A stretch of 64,000 bases of DNA from the human T2T-CHM13v2.0 reference genome, Homo sapiens, in assembly GCF_009914755.1 (NCBI RefSeq), contig NC_060947.1; one strand, written 5' to 3'. Below the pieces are notes generated by a model. It was not told the origin of the DNA and searched no databases. It was given only the letters and a program-made list of their open reading frames with translations. The translations under genes and the position numbers were made by a program. This document shows, in pieces, positions 14,014 through 28,676 of this stretch; within the stretch, counting starts at the first letter, position 1; each line of letters opens with the position of its first letter.

Positions 14014-14453
14014 GTAGGTGTTCAATGTGCCCTCTTTTTGCCTGCTCACCCTCACTACACCCTAGACAAGCTTAGGACTGGTTAGGAATCCCCAGCCCTG
14101 CGTGAGGGAGGGGGCAGAACTCTATCACCCCACCGCTTCCCCTCTCTATCAGCCCCCCACCGGCCTTGCTGTCTCTCTGCCAGGCCAAAGGCAAGGGAAC
14201 ACACCGCCTTCACCAGCCCCACCTCCTAGGCCCCAAGAGCCCTGCCCCCTCCCTGCCATGGCATCTTGAACAGAGCTGAGTCTATGGCTCTTGGTGGGGG
14301 GTGGCTGTGGGATGGGGGTGCCGCCGAGAGAGGAGGGTTACAAAAGCTGTGCCTTGCTTTCCCAGTGGCCTCCCAGGGGCCAATGAATGCACAGAGCCGC
14401 AGCCTGGGGGCAGCCAGCGTGTTTTCATTTTGCTCTGTTTGTTTTCTGTTTAG

Positions 14454-14505
14454 ATCAACTGCTCAGTTCTGGTTTGGGCCTCTGAGGGCTGATGGGGTTT
14501 GGCAG
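14454..14505 (+). ncRNA. putative 52-nt internal exon C
   Basis: ~30-nt T-rich tract ending ttttctgtttag|, donor CAG|GTAAGA. Confidence 0.55.
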
Positions 14506-14612
14506 GTAAGAATTTCTGAGGCCACCCATCTCTGCCTTTTACAGGGCTATGGGCTCAGCTCCCACCAGCCCCTGCAGGAGCAGGAAGGCAGCCTGATCTA
14601 CTGCCTTACTAA

Positions 14613-14850
14613 CCTCTTTCTTTACTTTCCTCTCTCTTTCTTTTTTCTCTTTTTCTTCTCTTTTTTTCTCTCTCTTTCTTTCCTTCTTTCTTTCTTCTTT
14701 CTCTCTTTCTTTCTTTCCTTTCTTTCTCTACTCCCTACCCCAACTCTCTCTTGCTCCCTCTCCCCTCTGTCTCTCACATCTCTCTCTCTCTCTCTCTCTC
14801 GCTCGCTCACTCACTCGCTCGCTCTCGCTCTCAGTTTGTTCCTGTCTCTT
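14613..14850. repeat. CT-rich polypyrimidine simple repeat
   Basis: (CTTT)n, (CT)n and (CTCG)n runs. Confidence 0.92.
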
Positions 14851-15969
14851 ACTGACTCCCTGTGCAGTAGCTTTTTCTGTTTTGCCATCTGTCTCCCTTT
14901 TTTTTTTTCTATTTCTCGATTTCTTTTTCTACAAAGAAGAAAAAGAAATCCAAGCCTGGGCTTTAAGAGGCCTGAGTTCTGGCTCAGCTTCTACCCTAGC
15001 TCTCTCTGAGTAACCTTCAATAAGTAGTTCTTTCCCATCTCTGAGCCTCAGTTTCCCCATCTGCACACTGAAGGCTCTAACTTACGTGACCGCTGAAATC
15101 TAAGCTAGAAGATCTTGTGATTATTTACTCCTTACAGGGGATAAAAGGGAGGGAATGGATCAGATTCTCTAGGGAGCAGGACCACACAGTGCAGCCTAGA
15201 TGGCAGGAGAAAGGGAGGTCAGTGGAGTGTCTCCTTGGGCAGTGAGGGCTCATGGGAAAGGGCAGAGATGAAGGAGACCACCCTTGCTGGTACCAAAAAC
15301 CCAGTCTAGAGAACCCAAGGAACCGACAGAGACCTGGGGTCTGGAAAGGTAGAGGCGCCCACCCAGCAGTGGCAGGGGACAGGGCTTAAAGAGCAGCACA
15401 CTGGTCTTGATGTTTGGTGTTCCATCTGCATTCCATGCAGCCTGGGATCAAGCCAAAGGCCAGAGGCCCTCTATCTTCCAGCTTACCTCTCTTCTCTCTG
15501 TGGCATCTACCCGATACTCTCTGGTGACTTAAGGGTGGATGAGTAGGGGCTAGAGAGTGTCACCCATCCTTGCATGGCCTCCTCCTCTCGTCTCACCAGC
15601 ACCTCAGACCTACTGCACACCAAACCAAACTCCTTCTCCATTCCCACCCATGCCTCCTCGTCCTCCTTGCTTCTTTTCCTGAACGAATGGTGCAGCCATC
15701 CTCCTAGGAGCTCAGGCCCTGGCTCTGGCTTCCCCCCACCTCCCACATCCAGTCTATTTCTAATCATGTGGCCTCTACCTCCTTCCTCTCCCGCCCCCAG
15801 GCCTCTCCAACGCCCCCACCTACTGCCATGGCCCCAGTCCTTTCGACCACCATTTCTCACCCAGCTCCTTCCACAACCACCTCTTGTGACCATGTCTTCT
15901 GTCTCACCACCCCTAGTTCTGCCTCCACACAGCTGCCAAGGCCACCATAATTCTGGGACCTAGGAGTAA

Positions 15970-18182
15970 TTTCAAAGGTTTGGCTGTTACATATACAGCT
16001 GTTATAAACATCTGTGTGGGTGTCTTTCCAAATGGAATTGCTGGTTCATGGGTAAGCATACATTCAACTTTCACAGATATTGCCTCATAGTTTGCCAAAG
16101 GGTTGTACCAATTTACACTCCTGCCAGCAGTGCATGAGAGTTTTGGTGACTCTCATCTTCACCAATATTTGGGCATTTGTATTTTCTTTCATTTTATTCA
16201 TTCTAGTGTGTTGATGATGACATCTCATTACAGTTTTAATTTACATTTTCTTTTTGACTAAGTGGAGCACCTCTTCATATATTTATTGTCTATCTTGATA
16301 TTCTATTTTTGTGAAGTGCCTGTCAAAGTCCTTTGCACATTTTTCTATTGGGTTGCATAATACATTCTGAATTATGACTCCTTTGTCAGATATATCTATT
16401 GCAAATATTTTCTCACATTCCGTGGGTTGTCTTTTCATTCTCCTACCATAACCTTTTGATGACCAGTATGTTTTTATTTTAATATAGTCCAAATTATCAA
16501 ATTTCCTTTTCATGGATAGCATTTTTAGAGAAATATTTGTATACTCCAAGGGGACAAAGTTGTTCTCCTATATTTTCTTCTAAAAGCTTTATTGTGTTGC
16601 CTTTCACATTTATGTTTGCAATCTATCTGGAACTGACTTCTGTGTATGGTGTGAGGCAGGGTCAAGATACAGATTTTTGTTTCCCTATGGCTATCCAACT
16701 GATCCAACACCATTTATTTATTTATTTTTTTTAAAAAAGAACCTCCAATGTACTGCAGTGTCATTTTTGTCATAAATTAAGTAATCATATATGTGTGGCT
16801 TTGTGTTTGAATTTTCTCTTCTTTCCATTTGGCAGTTTCTATATCCTTGTGCCAGTACCACAATGTCTTAACTACTATAGCTTTCTATGTCTTGATATCT
16901 GGTAGTAAGAGTTCTCCAGCTATATTCTTCTCCTTTAATATTACCTGGGAAATTCCTGGCCCTTTGCATTCCCATCTGAATTTTAGAACCAATTTGACCA
17001 TTTTCAATTTAAAAAAGCACTTGCTGGGATTTTTGCATGAAATCACATTGACTGTATGGATTAATTTGGAGAGAACTGACTTCTTGGGAATATTAATTTT
17101 TTCTAAATCACAGATATGGTTTATCCCTTAATTTATTTATGTCTCCTTTATTTCTCTCCATAACGTTTTATAGTTATTGGTGTCAAGATTTTTCACATTC
17201 TTCATTAGATTTATTCCTATTTCATATTTATGCTATTACAAATGATAAGGTTCTTAAAACCTCATTTTTCTATTTTTTGCTGCTATATGGAAATATAATG
17301 AATCTTTGCATATTGACTTTCTATCCAGTGATCTGGTTAAATTCACTTATCAGTTTTATTATTTTGTCAATAGAGTCTTCGGATTTTCTATGTACACAAT
17401 CATGTCGAATGCAAATAATGGCAATTTTACTTCATCCTTTCCAATCTTTTATTTCTTTTGCTTGCCTTATTGCACTGATTAGAACCTCCAGCACAATGTT
17501 GAATGGAAATGGTGATAGTGGGCATCTTGTCTTGTACCCAGTCTCACTATGTGGAAGCTTCACTATTTCACAATGAAGGCCCAGCACGGTGACTCAAACC
17601 TGTAATCCCAGCACTTTGGAGGGCTGAGGCAAGTGGATCACCTGAGATCAGGAGTTCAAGACCAGTCAAGACCAGCCTGGCCAACATGGTGAAACCCCAT
17701 CTCTACTAAAAATACAAAAACAAACAAACAAAAAAATCAGCCAGCTGTGGTGGCGCATGCCTGTAGTCCCAGCTACTCGGGAGGCTGAGGCAGGAGAATC
17801 ACTTGAACCCAAGAGGAGGAAGTTGCAGGAGTCAAGATCATACAACTGCATTCCAGCCTGGGTGACAGAGCAAGACTCCATCTCAAAAAAAAAAAAATTC
17901 ACAATGAAGTATGTTGTTTGCTGAAGGTTTTCATAGATGCCCTTTGCCAGGTTGAGGAAGCTCCCTTCTGTTCCTAATGTGTTGAGACTTTTATCATGAA
18001 TGTGTGTTAAATTTTGTAAAATGCTTTTTACGCATTTATCATGATTTTTCTCCTTTTTACTGTTAGGTGAATTACAATGATTGGTTTTTGATTGTTAAAC
18101 CACCCTTGAATTCCTGGATTAAAACTCATCTAGTCGTAATGAATTATTCTTTTAATATTTTGCTGGACTCCATTTGTTAATA
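15970..18182 (-). mobile_element. old L1M (MC/ME-type) ORF2/3' region, interrupted by an Alu
   Basis: degenerate ORF2 C-terminal peptides on minus (KRQPTECEKIFA..ISDKG). Confidence 0.85.
17578..17897 (+). mobile_element. AluS (Sx-like) with 12-bp TSD
   Basis: TSD ttcacaatgaag at 17567-17578 and 17898-17909; internal 10-nt duplication tcaagaccag. Confidence 0.95.
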
Positions 18183-18352
18183 TTTTATTTTACTTTATTT
18201 TATTTTGAGACAGGGTCTAGCTCTGTCACCCAGGCTGGAGTGTAGTGGTGCAGTCATAGCTCACTGTAAGCTCAAACTCCTGGGGTAACATGATCCTCCC
18301 ACTTTGGCCTCCCAAAGTGCTAGGGTTATAGGTGTGAGCCACTGTGCCTGGC
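18183..18352 (-). mobile_element. single-monomer Alu (AluJ-age; FRAM-like or left/right-arm chimera)
   Basis: ~170 bp with A-rich tail, no second arm; degenerate TSD gttaatatttt/gctaatatttt. Confidence 0.85.
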
Positions 18353-18532
18353 CAGCTAATATTTTAAATCATGCTTTTTTTGTGATAATTGTAGATTCAC
18401 ATGCAGTTGTAAGAAATAATACAGAGATATATTGTATCCTTTGCCAAGTTTCTCCCAATGTTAATATCTTGCAAAAATACAGTACGGTATTACAACCAGG
18501 ATGTTGACATTGATTCAGTCAAGTTGCAGAAC

Positions 18533-19111
<579 letters not shown>

Positions 19112-20290
19112 AAGTTCCAAAACAGTTCCATCACAAGAATCCCTCCTATTGCCTTTTATAGCTATGCCCACTTCCTTCCTGCTCCCACCTCCTCTTTAAA
19201 CCCTGGCAACCACTAATCTTTTCATTTCCAAAAGTTTGTCATTTCAAGAATGTTATATAATGGAGTCACACACTACATAACCATGTGGTATTAGTTTTTT
19301 GACTTAGCATAATTCTCTAAAGATTCATCCAAGCTGTTGCATGTATGTTTGTTCCTTTTTATTGCTGAGTAGTATTCTGTGGTATGGATGTACCAGTTAG
19401 CCAGCCACTCGTTGAAAGACATCTGGGCTGTTTCCAGTTTTGGGCTATTACAAAGAAAGCTGCTATAAACATTCACGTACAAATTTTTGTGTAAACATTA
19501 ATTTTAAATTCTCTGGTATAAATGTCTGAGTGCAACTGCTAGGTCATATGGTAGTTGCTCACTTAATTTTTATAAGAAACTACCAAACTCTTGTGTAGAA
19601 TTACTGTACCATTTTACATCTCCAGCGGCAATGTACGAGTGACCCAGTCTCTGCATTCTCACTAGCATTTTTTATTGTCACTTTTTTAGGCCAATTGATA
19701 ACTATGTAGCAATAACTTATTGTGGTTTTAATTTGCACTGATGATGTTGACTAACTTTTCATGTGCTTATTTGCCATCTGTAGATCTTCTGTGGTGAAAT
19801 GTCTCTTCATGTCTTTTGCCCATTTTCTCACTGGATTGTTTGTTTTGTTTTACTGTTGAGTCTTAAGAGTTCTTCATATATTCTAGATACAAGTCCTATG
19901 TCAAATACATGTTTTGCAAATATTCTCTCCCAGTCTATAGTTTAACTTTTCATCTATTTTATTGCAGAATGTAAGTATTTAATTTGATGAAGTCTAATTT
20001 ATCCATCTTTTCTTGTATGAATCATGCTTTTGATATCAAGTCTAAGACTTCTTCACTAATGCCTAGGTCCTGAAGATTTTCTCCCATGTTTTCTTCTAAA
20101 TAATTTGTAGTTCTATGTTTTATATTTAAATCTATGACTCATTTTCAGTTAATTTTTGTGTAAGGTGTGAAGTCTAGGTTGAGGTTTGTCCTTTTGTTTA
20201 TGAATTTCCAATTGTTCCAGCCTAATTTGTTGAAAAGGCTGTCTTTCCTCCATTGAGATGCTTCTGTACCTTGGTCAAAAATCAGTTGGG

Positions 20291-20670
<380 letters not shown>

Positions 20671-22325
20671 CTATGTCTCTCTCTCTCTCTCTCTCTGCCA
20701 GTGCCACACAGTCTTAATGACAGTAGCTATGTAATAAGTCTTAAAATCAGGTAGTGTGATTCCTCCCACTGTGTTCTTCTTTTGCAAAATTGTATTAGCT
20801 ATTCTAGTTCCTTTGCCTTTTCATATAAATTTTAGAATAATCTTGTCTATGTCTACAAAAATGCTTGTTGGAATTTTGATAAGAACAACACTAAACTTGC
20901 ATAGTAGTTTGAGAGAACTGACATCTTTACTATGTTGAATCTTCCAATCCATGAACTCCTGGGTATGTTTCTCCGTTTTTTTTTAGCTCTTTGATTTCTT
21001 TCATCAGCATATTGTGATTTTCAACAGACAAATCTTTTGCATTTTGTTAGATTGACACCTAATTATTTTTTTGGTGAGATTATAAATGGTATTGCATTTT
21101 TAATTTTGATATGCACATGTTCATTGCTAGTATATAGAATACAGTTTATTTCTGTATGTTTGTCTTGTATTCTGTTACCTTGCTGAACTTGCTTGTCAGT
21201 TCTGGGAGGGTTTTTTTTTTATGGATTCCTTGAGATTTTCATGCCTTCTGCAAATCAGAGCCAATTTATTTATTTTCCAATCTGTATGCCCTTTTTTCCT
21301 TTCTTTGTTCTTTGCTTTGCTTTCCTTATTACATTGACTAGAACTTCCAGCATTATTTTAAAGAAGAGTGATGAGAGCAGGCATCCTTTTTTTGTTTCCA
21401 ATATAAAGTGAAAAGTATTTCATACTCAATCTTTCATTATTGAGTATGACCTCAGTTGTAGGATGTTGTAGATGGTCTTTAACAAGCTGAAGAAGTTCAC
21501 ACTCCCTCCTTTTTCAAGTGTTTGTCTTATGAAAGAGTATTGAATTTTGTTAAATGCTTTTTCTGCATCAATTGATAATGTGATTTTTCTTTCTTAGTCT
21601 GTTAATATGATGGATTACATTGATTTCTGAGTATTGAACCAGCCTTGCTTTCCTGGAATAAACCCCACTTGGTCATGGTGTATGATTCTTTTTATATATT
21701 GCTGAACTGTATTTGTTGGCTTTTTTGGATAATTTTTCTATTTTTCTGAGGGATATTGGTCTGTAGTTTCTTGTTTTTTTTTTTTTGTTTTTTTTGTTTT
21801 GTTCTGTTTTGTTTTGTTTTGTTTTTGTATATGGTCTCTTCCAGTTTTGGTGACAGGGTAAAACTGACTTCATAAAATGAGTTGAGAAGTCTCCCCTCCT
21901 CTTCAGTGTTCTGGAAGAGATTATATAGAGTGAATTATTTTTAAACTTTTGGTAGAATTGTCCAGTGAAACCATTTGGGCCTAGAAATTTATTTTGAGGG
22001 AGGTTTTTTAAATTACAAATTCAATTTATTTGATAGTCATATGACTATCCAAATTATCTCTTTCATATTGAGTGAGTTATGGTAGTTTGTAATTTTCAAA
22101 GAACTGATACATTTTATCTAAGTTGTAAAATTTATGTGTGTAGAGTTGTTCATAGTATTTCCTTACTGTGCTTTTGATATTCACAGGATCTGTATCAATA
22201 TCCTCTGTTTTATTCCTGATATTGGTGATTTGTGTCTTCTCCCTTTTTTTCTTTGTCAGTCTTGCTAGAAATTTGTCAATTTTATTGATCTTTTCAAAGA
22301 ACCAGCTCTTTTGTTGCATTGATTT

Positions 22326-22600
22326 CCCACTCTTAAAGTCCTGGAACATACCTCACTTGGTCATGATGAATTATTCTTTCAATGTATATTCTGATTCCAT
22401 TTCCTAATATTTTGTTTTTAGATTTTGCATTCATGTTTACAAGACAGATTGGTCCGAAATGTTCCTTTTTTCATAATACCATTGTCCAGTTTTGGTATCA
22501 AGGTTTGTCTAGTTATTTGGCTAGGCTTATAAAAAGAATTGAGAAGTATTCCTTCTTTTTCTTTTCTCTAGAGAGATTTTTGTAATACTGATGTTAATAA
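22326..22600 (-). mobile_element. continuation of the old L1M
   Basis: gattttgcattcatgtttac...tttggtatcaagg antisense ORF2 sequence. Confidence 0.7.
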
Positions 22601-24207
22601 ACACATATAGTTTAATACACTTAGATATATTTGGTGTAAATAGTTTCACTTCTGTGCATGGAGCTAGGTGAAGGAAACACATTTTTTATCTTTAACTGTG
22701 TGCCAGATACCATGCTAGGTATTTTACATTCATTATCATATTGTTTCTTTATAAAAATCTCATTGAGGAAGTATTTTTATACCTGTCTCTGAGCTCAGAA
22801 ATTGAGATTCATTGACTTGACTAAGATCACGCATGTAAGAATCAAAGCTAAGTCTTATTTATTAACCTCCTACTATTACCAGGCAATGTGCTCCAAGATG
22901 GCCATCTACTATAGCAGCTCAATGAGACAGTAATCATGTTTTTCATTATAGAGATGAGGAAGCTGAAGCTTAGAGAGGTTGAGGAACGTGTTCAGAGCTG
23001 CACACCTAAGATTTGGACAAGCTGGTCTCCAGGTGATATTTTGACATTCTTCAGCTGAAGAGTGTGTTCTTTATGCTGTGATCAGAATGTCCCTCATGTG
23101 AGCACATCTTATGTTTTAGTCACTGCCACAATTGTTAGCAGCAGGGAAGAGTCATGATGGTCAGGACAGCTGCCGGCCCCAGACTCCAGGTGTGACAATG
23201 AGTCAAAGCTGAAGATAAAGTTGGGGAATAGGCTGCTGGGCAGCTGGAATTAAAGGGCTCAGGAATGTGGGCCCTGAGGCTGGGGAGCAGACCAGGACAT
23301 GGGCTGAGGATTAGGAGATCAGTGGGAGGCTGGACTTTGATAGGTTGAGTTACCCACTCCTCTGTCATGGGATACAGCTTTCCTGGGCTAGGCCTGGCAG
23401 GACTGAATTTATTCTGCTACTGCAAAGCCCAGGCTTGAACCTGTATCAGTTCACTCCTAGGAAAGACACTGGAGGTGGAGGTGGGAGAAGAGGTGCCCTA
23501 AGGCCCTGGCCCCCAGCCAGAAGTATGGGGGTAACTAAACTGGGGCTAATGATATGGCAGAGCTGTGGGGGCTCCTTAAAGATCACCTGGTCCAACCACC
23601 CCGCTGTCTAGAGGGAAACCAAGGCTCAGAGAACTGAGGATATATTGATGGATTTGTCCAAGGCCACACAACCCTGAATGGCCATCTTGGGGAGAGCAAG
23701 GACCCAGACTGAGCTGTGTGGGTGTGGGCACACAGGGGATGTGTGCACATAGATTGGCCTTCCTTCTATAAAGCCAGACCTTTATAACACCTGTTGTGTA
23801 CTGAAGTGGGGATGAACATGAACTCTGAGGGCTGATTCCATGTATTAACTTGAGTGTCTAGAAACAAGTTATTTGAATGCTCTGGACTTCAGTTTCCTCA
23901 TGGGCCCCTCATTGTAGTAATTACCTCATAATATTGTTGCACAGATTAAATAAGTATATATATATATATATATATATGTCACCTAGAACAGTGTGTGGCA
24001 CATAGGATGCATTGTGTAAGTGCTGTTGTTATTGCCAGAGGCCCTGGGGTGGAGTGGAAAGAACAGAGGCTCAAGAGTCACCTACCCACGTCCCAATCCA
24101 GACTCTGTCACACTGGCTATGTGACTTTGGGCAAGTCCTTTTTGTCTCGGAGCCTCAGCAGCATCGTCTGCAATATGTGTAATATGGAATTCATAAGACT
24201 CCCTGGA

Positions 24208-24353
24208 GGCCAGATGCAGTGGCTCATGCCTGTAATCCCAGCACTTTGGGAGGCCCCCATTTGAGGCCAGAAGCTCGAGACTGGCCTGAGCAACATAGGG
24301 AAACCCCATCTCTATATAAATAAATAAATAGATAAATAAATACATACATACAT
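24208..24353 (+). mobile_element. FLAM / left Alu monomer with internal deletion, inserted in a MIR
   Basis: ggccagatgcagtggctcatgcctgtaatcccagcactttgggaggcc...ccccatctct plus (TAAA/TACA)n tail. Confidence 0.85.
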
Positions 24354-25579
24354 ACTCTGGCTACCAGGGCTATTGGACTATCACATGGACAAATCACCTG
24401 TCTTACAGAAGGTCTTAGAGAAAAGGTGGCTGTTATTATAATGCTGATGAGACCCAGTGGGGACAGAGAGACATCCTTCATGGTTTCTGTCCCCCCAGGC
24501 CGTGGTCCTCCATACCCTTCAAGCTAGCCCAGCCCTACCCTGCTTTGAGCTGGATAGGCCCTGCAGCCTCTCTGCTCCTGCTCCCAGGCTGGCTTGCTGG
24601 CTTGACAACTTCCTTTCTCCCCACAGCACTGGGGGCTGTGAAGGCAATTCTGAGGCAGGGAGGGAGCTGGCTGGAGCCCCAGATACCCCCACATATGGTG
24701 GCTTGCAATGGAGAGACAGAGTCTGGCTGCACATCTCCCTCCACCTTGGTAGGGTCTGCTTGCCTCAAAGCCTCCCATCCACCTGACCCTGGTCTGGGGC
24801 TCAGTGGAGCTGGAGTAGCCAGTTAGAATGAGAATCAGAGACTCCCAAGCTTCTGAGTACAGTTAACTTCAGCTCCTCAACTCTCCATCCTCACATATTT
24901 TAGTTTATGGGAGGGGGAACTAGACCTAGAAAGAACAAAGAATGCAGCCAAGGTCACACAGCAATGATTTCCATATTACAGAGTAGGAAGTTGTGGTTTA
25001 GACATGTTCAATGCAGAGTTAGGATCATAATCCAGATCTCTTAAATGCTATCTTTTCTAGAATCAGAATATGTAGAGCCAGAAAAGATCTTAGTTTAAAG
25101 GACACCTGAGTCTAATCCCACTTTGTACATGAGTAACACTGAGGCCCAGAGAAGAAGAGGGATTTACCCATGGTCCAAAAGGAGTTAGTGGCAGAGGCGG
25201 CACTCGAACACAGCGTTCCTGATTTTTTTTATCCAGGGGCTCTTCCCACACCCACCAGCTGCAGGAGAGGTGGAGGGCCCAAAGGCTGTGTGTCAGGGTG
25301 TGGGGTACCTGGCTCAGTACTGGGATGCTTTTAGCCCCTTCCCAGTCAGAACTATTGTTTTCCTACCACCTTATAGCTCTGGGGACCCTCTCTTACCTTC
25401 CTCATTGGTACCCTGGGGAAAGTGTTCCCACATGGCTGAGCCCTACAGAGAGTTAGGAACCTGAGTTCTAGGCTGCACGTCCTCAGATGAGTCCTTTCCT
25501 CTCTGTGAACCTCTGTTTCTCCAACTTTAAAATGGTGTCTATGGAGTGTGGAGCAAAGGAGGACTAGTTGAGTCTGAGC

Positions 25580-25730
25580 GGTAGAATTAACTGGAGAGCT
25601 GGGAAAAATCCCGATGCCCAGGCCCTACCCTAAACCCATGAAATTAGAATTTCTGGAGATGGGCCCCAGGCTTGGGAGGATTTGTCCAGTCCCCCAGGGG
25701 ATTCCAGTGAGCAGCTGGGGTCAAGGAGAT
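25580..25730. mobile_element. MER5-like hAT-Charlie fragment
   Basis: agaattaactggagagc...gatgcccaggccctaccc...attagaatttctggagatgggcccc. Confidence 0.6.
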
Positions 25731-26029
25731 CTCTAAGAGCTCCTCTACATGACTGTTGCTAAAATTCTGTGTCCCATTCAGGGTATCTTGGGTTGAGGGG
25801 AAGGAGGACCATGACAGCTCCCCTCCCACAGCCTCCACACCGAGCATGCCAACCCAAACCATAGGCCATTTCCCCAGGGTTAGAAAATTGCTTTGTGGTT
25901 TCTGGAATTGTCTGAATTCCTACTAGGACACTGCTCCTGTGGTAGGAGTCTGCTTGTCCACACCCCTCCGCCTCCTCTTTCCCTGAGATCCCCCCGCTCC
26001 TTGTCTGAACAACTCTGTGTGGACGAGAA

Positions 26030-26255
26030 ATAATGCAGGCTCTGGAATCAGGACAGACTCAGGGCAACATCCCTGCTTCACCTTGAGTAGCTCTGCAAAT
26101 CATTTCACCCTCTCTAAGCCTCAGTTTTCTCATTTATAAAGTGGATTGTATTGGTACTTAGCTCACAGCACTACTGGGAAGATTAACTGAGCCAATGCAC
26201 GTGGCATGCCTAGCACAGTGTCCGGCACGAGGGAACACTCAGTGAACAGTAACAG
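26030..26255 (+). mobile_element. MIR SINE
   Basis: ggctctggaatcag...cctctctaagcctcagttttctcatttataaag...cctagcacagtgtccggcac. Confidence 0.8.
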
Positions 26256-27014
26256 CCCGGGAGGCAGCCTGGTGCCTGTCTCCCTCAGAAGAACCTCAGG
26301 GAAACTGACTTGCTCTCACTTGAAAGACTCAACATCCTGAATGAGGCCCTATTCTAAGACAGGGCTCTCAATCTGCTTTCTGTGCTTGGTGCTTTCTATT
26401 TCATGAGGCAGGTCCATTCCACTTGTGCCACCTTCCCAGCAAGCCCATGAGAGAGGAATTCTTATCATCTCTGCTATGCAGGTGACTAAGCTGGGGCCCA
26501 GAGAGGTTCAGTCATTTGTCCAAAGTTACTCAGTTTAGAGTTGGTATTCGAAGGCAGAATTCGAAAGCTGGATTCAAAAGCGGAACCTTTACTAACATCC
26601 GCCCACCTCAGTATGGGTGCAGATGCCTACTGAAGGTGCTTGTAGAGTCAAGGGGGCCAGATACTAGCCAAACATAAACACAAACAGAGTCGGGGGTGCT
26701 GGGGCAGGCTATAACAAATATAATAGGGTTGATGGGCTGGCAAGTTTAAAGGAGGCTCTCCACACCAGCCACCACTGAAGGGGGTTGACAAGTTGATATT
26801 TGCTGGGAAGGATGTTAGGGAAAATGATGAATGTTCCCCCCATACCCTGAGCAAACAAACAGCTTCTTACACACACACACATGCACACATGCGTGATAAT
26901 ACAACTAGCAATAGCCACCCTTTGTTTGTGTCTAGCTTTACAACATATGCAGAAAAACTTTCTCCTATCACCTTATTTTTCCCCCACAATACATTCGCTT
27001 TATTTCCCCCAACA

Positions 27015-27740
27015 AGATATTCATTTGACAGACATCTATTGAGCTCCTACTATGTGGCAAGCACTGTTCTAGGTGCTTAAGATACATCAGTGAACAAAAT
27101 AGCTAAGATGCCTCTCATCATAGAGCCCGTAATCTAGTGAGGAGGCAAAAAGTAAACAAGAGAAATAAACATTTCATATGGTTGATGGTGATACGTGCTG
27201 TGGGGTAAGAAAAAAGCAGGAGGAAAGAGGGTCAGGGTGTGTGAGGGGAGGTTGCAGGTGCCCAGGTAGGTCACACTGAGAAAGAGAAATTTGAGAAAGC
27301 TCTGAAGGAGGGAAGGAGGCGAACCATGAAGATATCTAGAAGACCATTCTAAGTGGACAAAACAGTCCACGCAAAACACCCGAGTTGGTTGTGTGTGGGA
27401 AATGCTTGGAGAGATACAAGGAGGCCAGCACTGGAGTGAGCAGAGAGGAGGAACGGGACGTGAGAGCAGAAGGTAATGAGAGACAACATCTTGGAGGACC
27501 TTGTGGCCACCTTGATGACTTTGGCTTTACTTTTAGAGAGATGAGGAGCCATTGGAGGGCTGTTACTTGGGTTTCACCAGACCCCTCCGGCTTGCATCCT
27601 TGAAGTGCAGAGAATAGGCTGTGGCAGGCAGGGTAGAAGGGTAATCCTCAGGGTAGAGACAGTGGAGGTGGTGAGAGGGGACCAGATGATAGGGCAGAGG
27701 ATTTGAGACAGATGGAATGTGGAGTGATGAAGAAAGAAAG
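27015..27740 (-). mobile_element. L2 fragment(s)
   Basis: attgagctcctactatgtggcaagcactgttctagg...gaggccagcactggagtgag...gagccattggaggg. Confidence 0.8.
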
Positions 27741-27789
27741 GAGGCAAGGAATACCTCATGTGCTACGAATGTCTCCACAGTCTCCACTT

Positions 27790-28430
27790 CTGTGGTCACC
27801 ACCCCAGCAATGGCCTCCACACAGGGACTTCTTGCTCTAGCCCAGCCCCCTACAATTTACTCTCCACCCAGCAGCCAGAGGGGTCCTTTTGAAATGTAAA
27901 TCAGGTCCTGTCACTTTCCTGATTTAATCCTCCTGTGGCTTCTCATGATACTTAGAAAAAAGTCCAGGGTCCACATGAGCTGGCTCCATCTGCCTTTCCA
28001 GTGACTTTTCCCACCTCATCCCCATCCCCCACTTGGCTCCAGCCTGTTCTGCTGTCCCAGGAATTCACAATCTCATTCCCACTTCAGGGCCTTTGCATTT
28101 GCTGTTTTCCCCACCTGGAATGTTCTTTCTCTACTCTGCAAGGTTGGCTGTTTGTCATTCTTCAGGTCGCAGCTGAAACATCGTCTTCTCAGAAAGATCA
28201 TACCCTATACCACCACCCCATCAAAGTTAGGTTCATCATTCTGAGTTTTCTCCTATAGCTCCTGGGTTTTGTTTTTTCCCTTCACATCACATACCATGGG
28301 TGATATGTTGCTTTCTGCAACTTTTGTCCCCTTCACTCAGCTTCCTGAGGGCAAAGGCAGGGGCCACACAGACTTGGCTCCGCCCTGCATCTCAGTGCCT
28401 GGTTCCAGGACAGGCGCTCAGGGTTAGTGT
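27790..28430 (+). mobile_element. L2 fragment
   Basis: ccacccagcagccagagggg...cagggcctttgcatttgctgtt..cctggaatgttct. Confidence 0.8.
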
Positions 28431-28610
28431 TTGTGTGGCAGTGCATGATAAGTGTTTTATAGCCATATGCTCATTTAATACCTACGGCAAGCCTGTGAAC
28501 TAGGTGTTGCTATTATCTGCATTTTATAGACGAGGAAAGTGGAGAATGGAGAGGTCATAATGTTTGCAGTGATAGAGCAAAGATTCCAGATCTGTCTGAC
28601 CTTTTATAAT

Positions 28611-28630
28611 CACACACAAACACACACACA

Positions 28631-28674
<44 letters not shown>
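28611..28674. repeat. (CA)n microsatellite
   Basis: near-perfect CA run. Confidence 0.97.

Positions 28675-28676
<2 letters not shown>

Noticed and set aside
14266-15009. 247-aa hydrophobic ORF
   Set aside because: Open only because it crosses a CT simple repeat (F/L/S-rich artefact).
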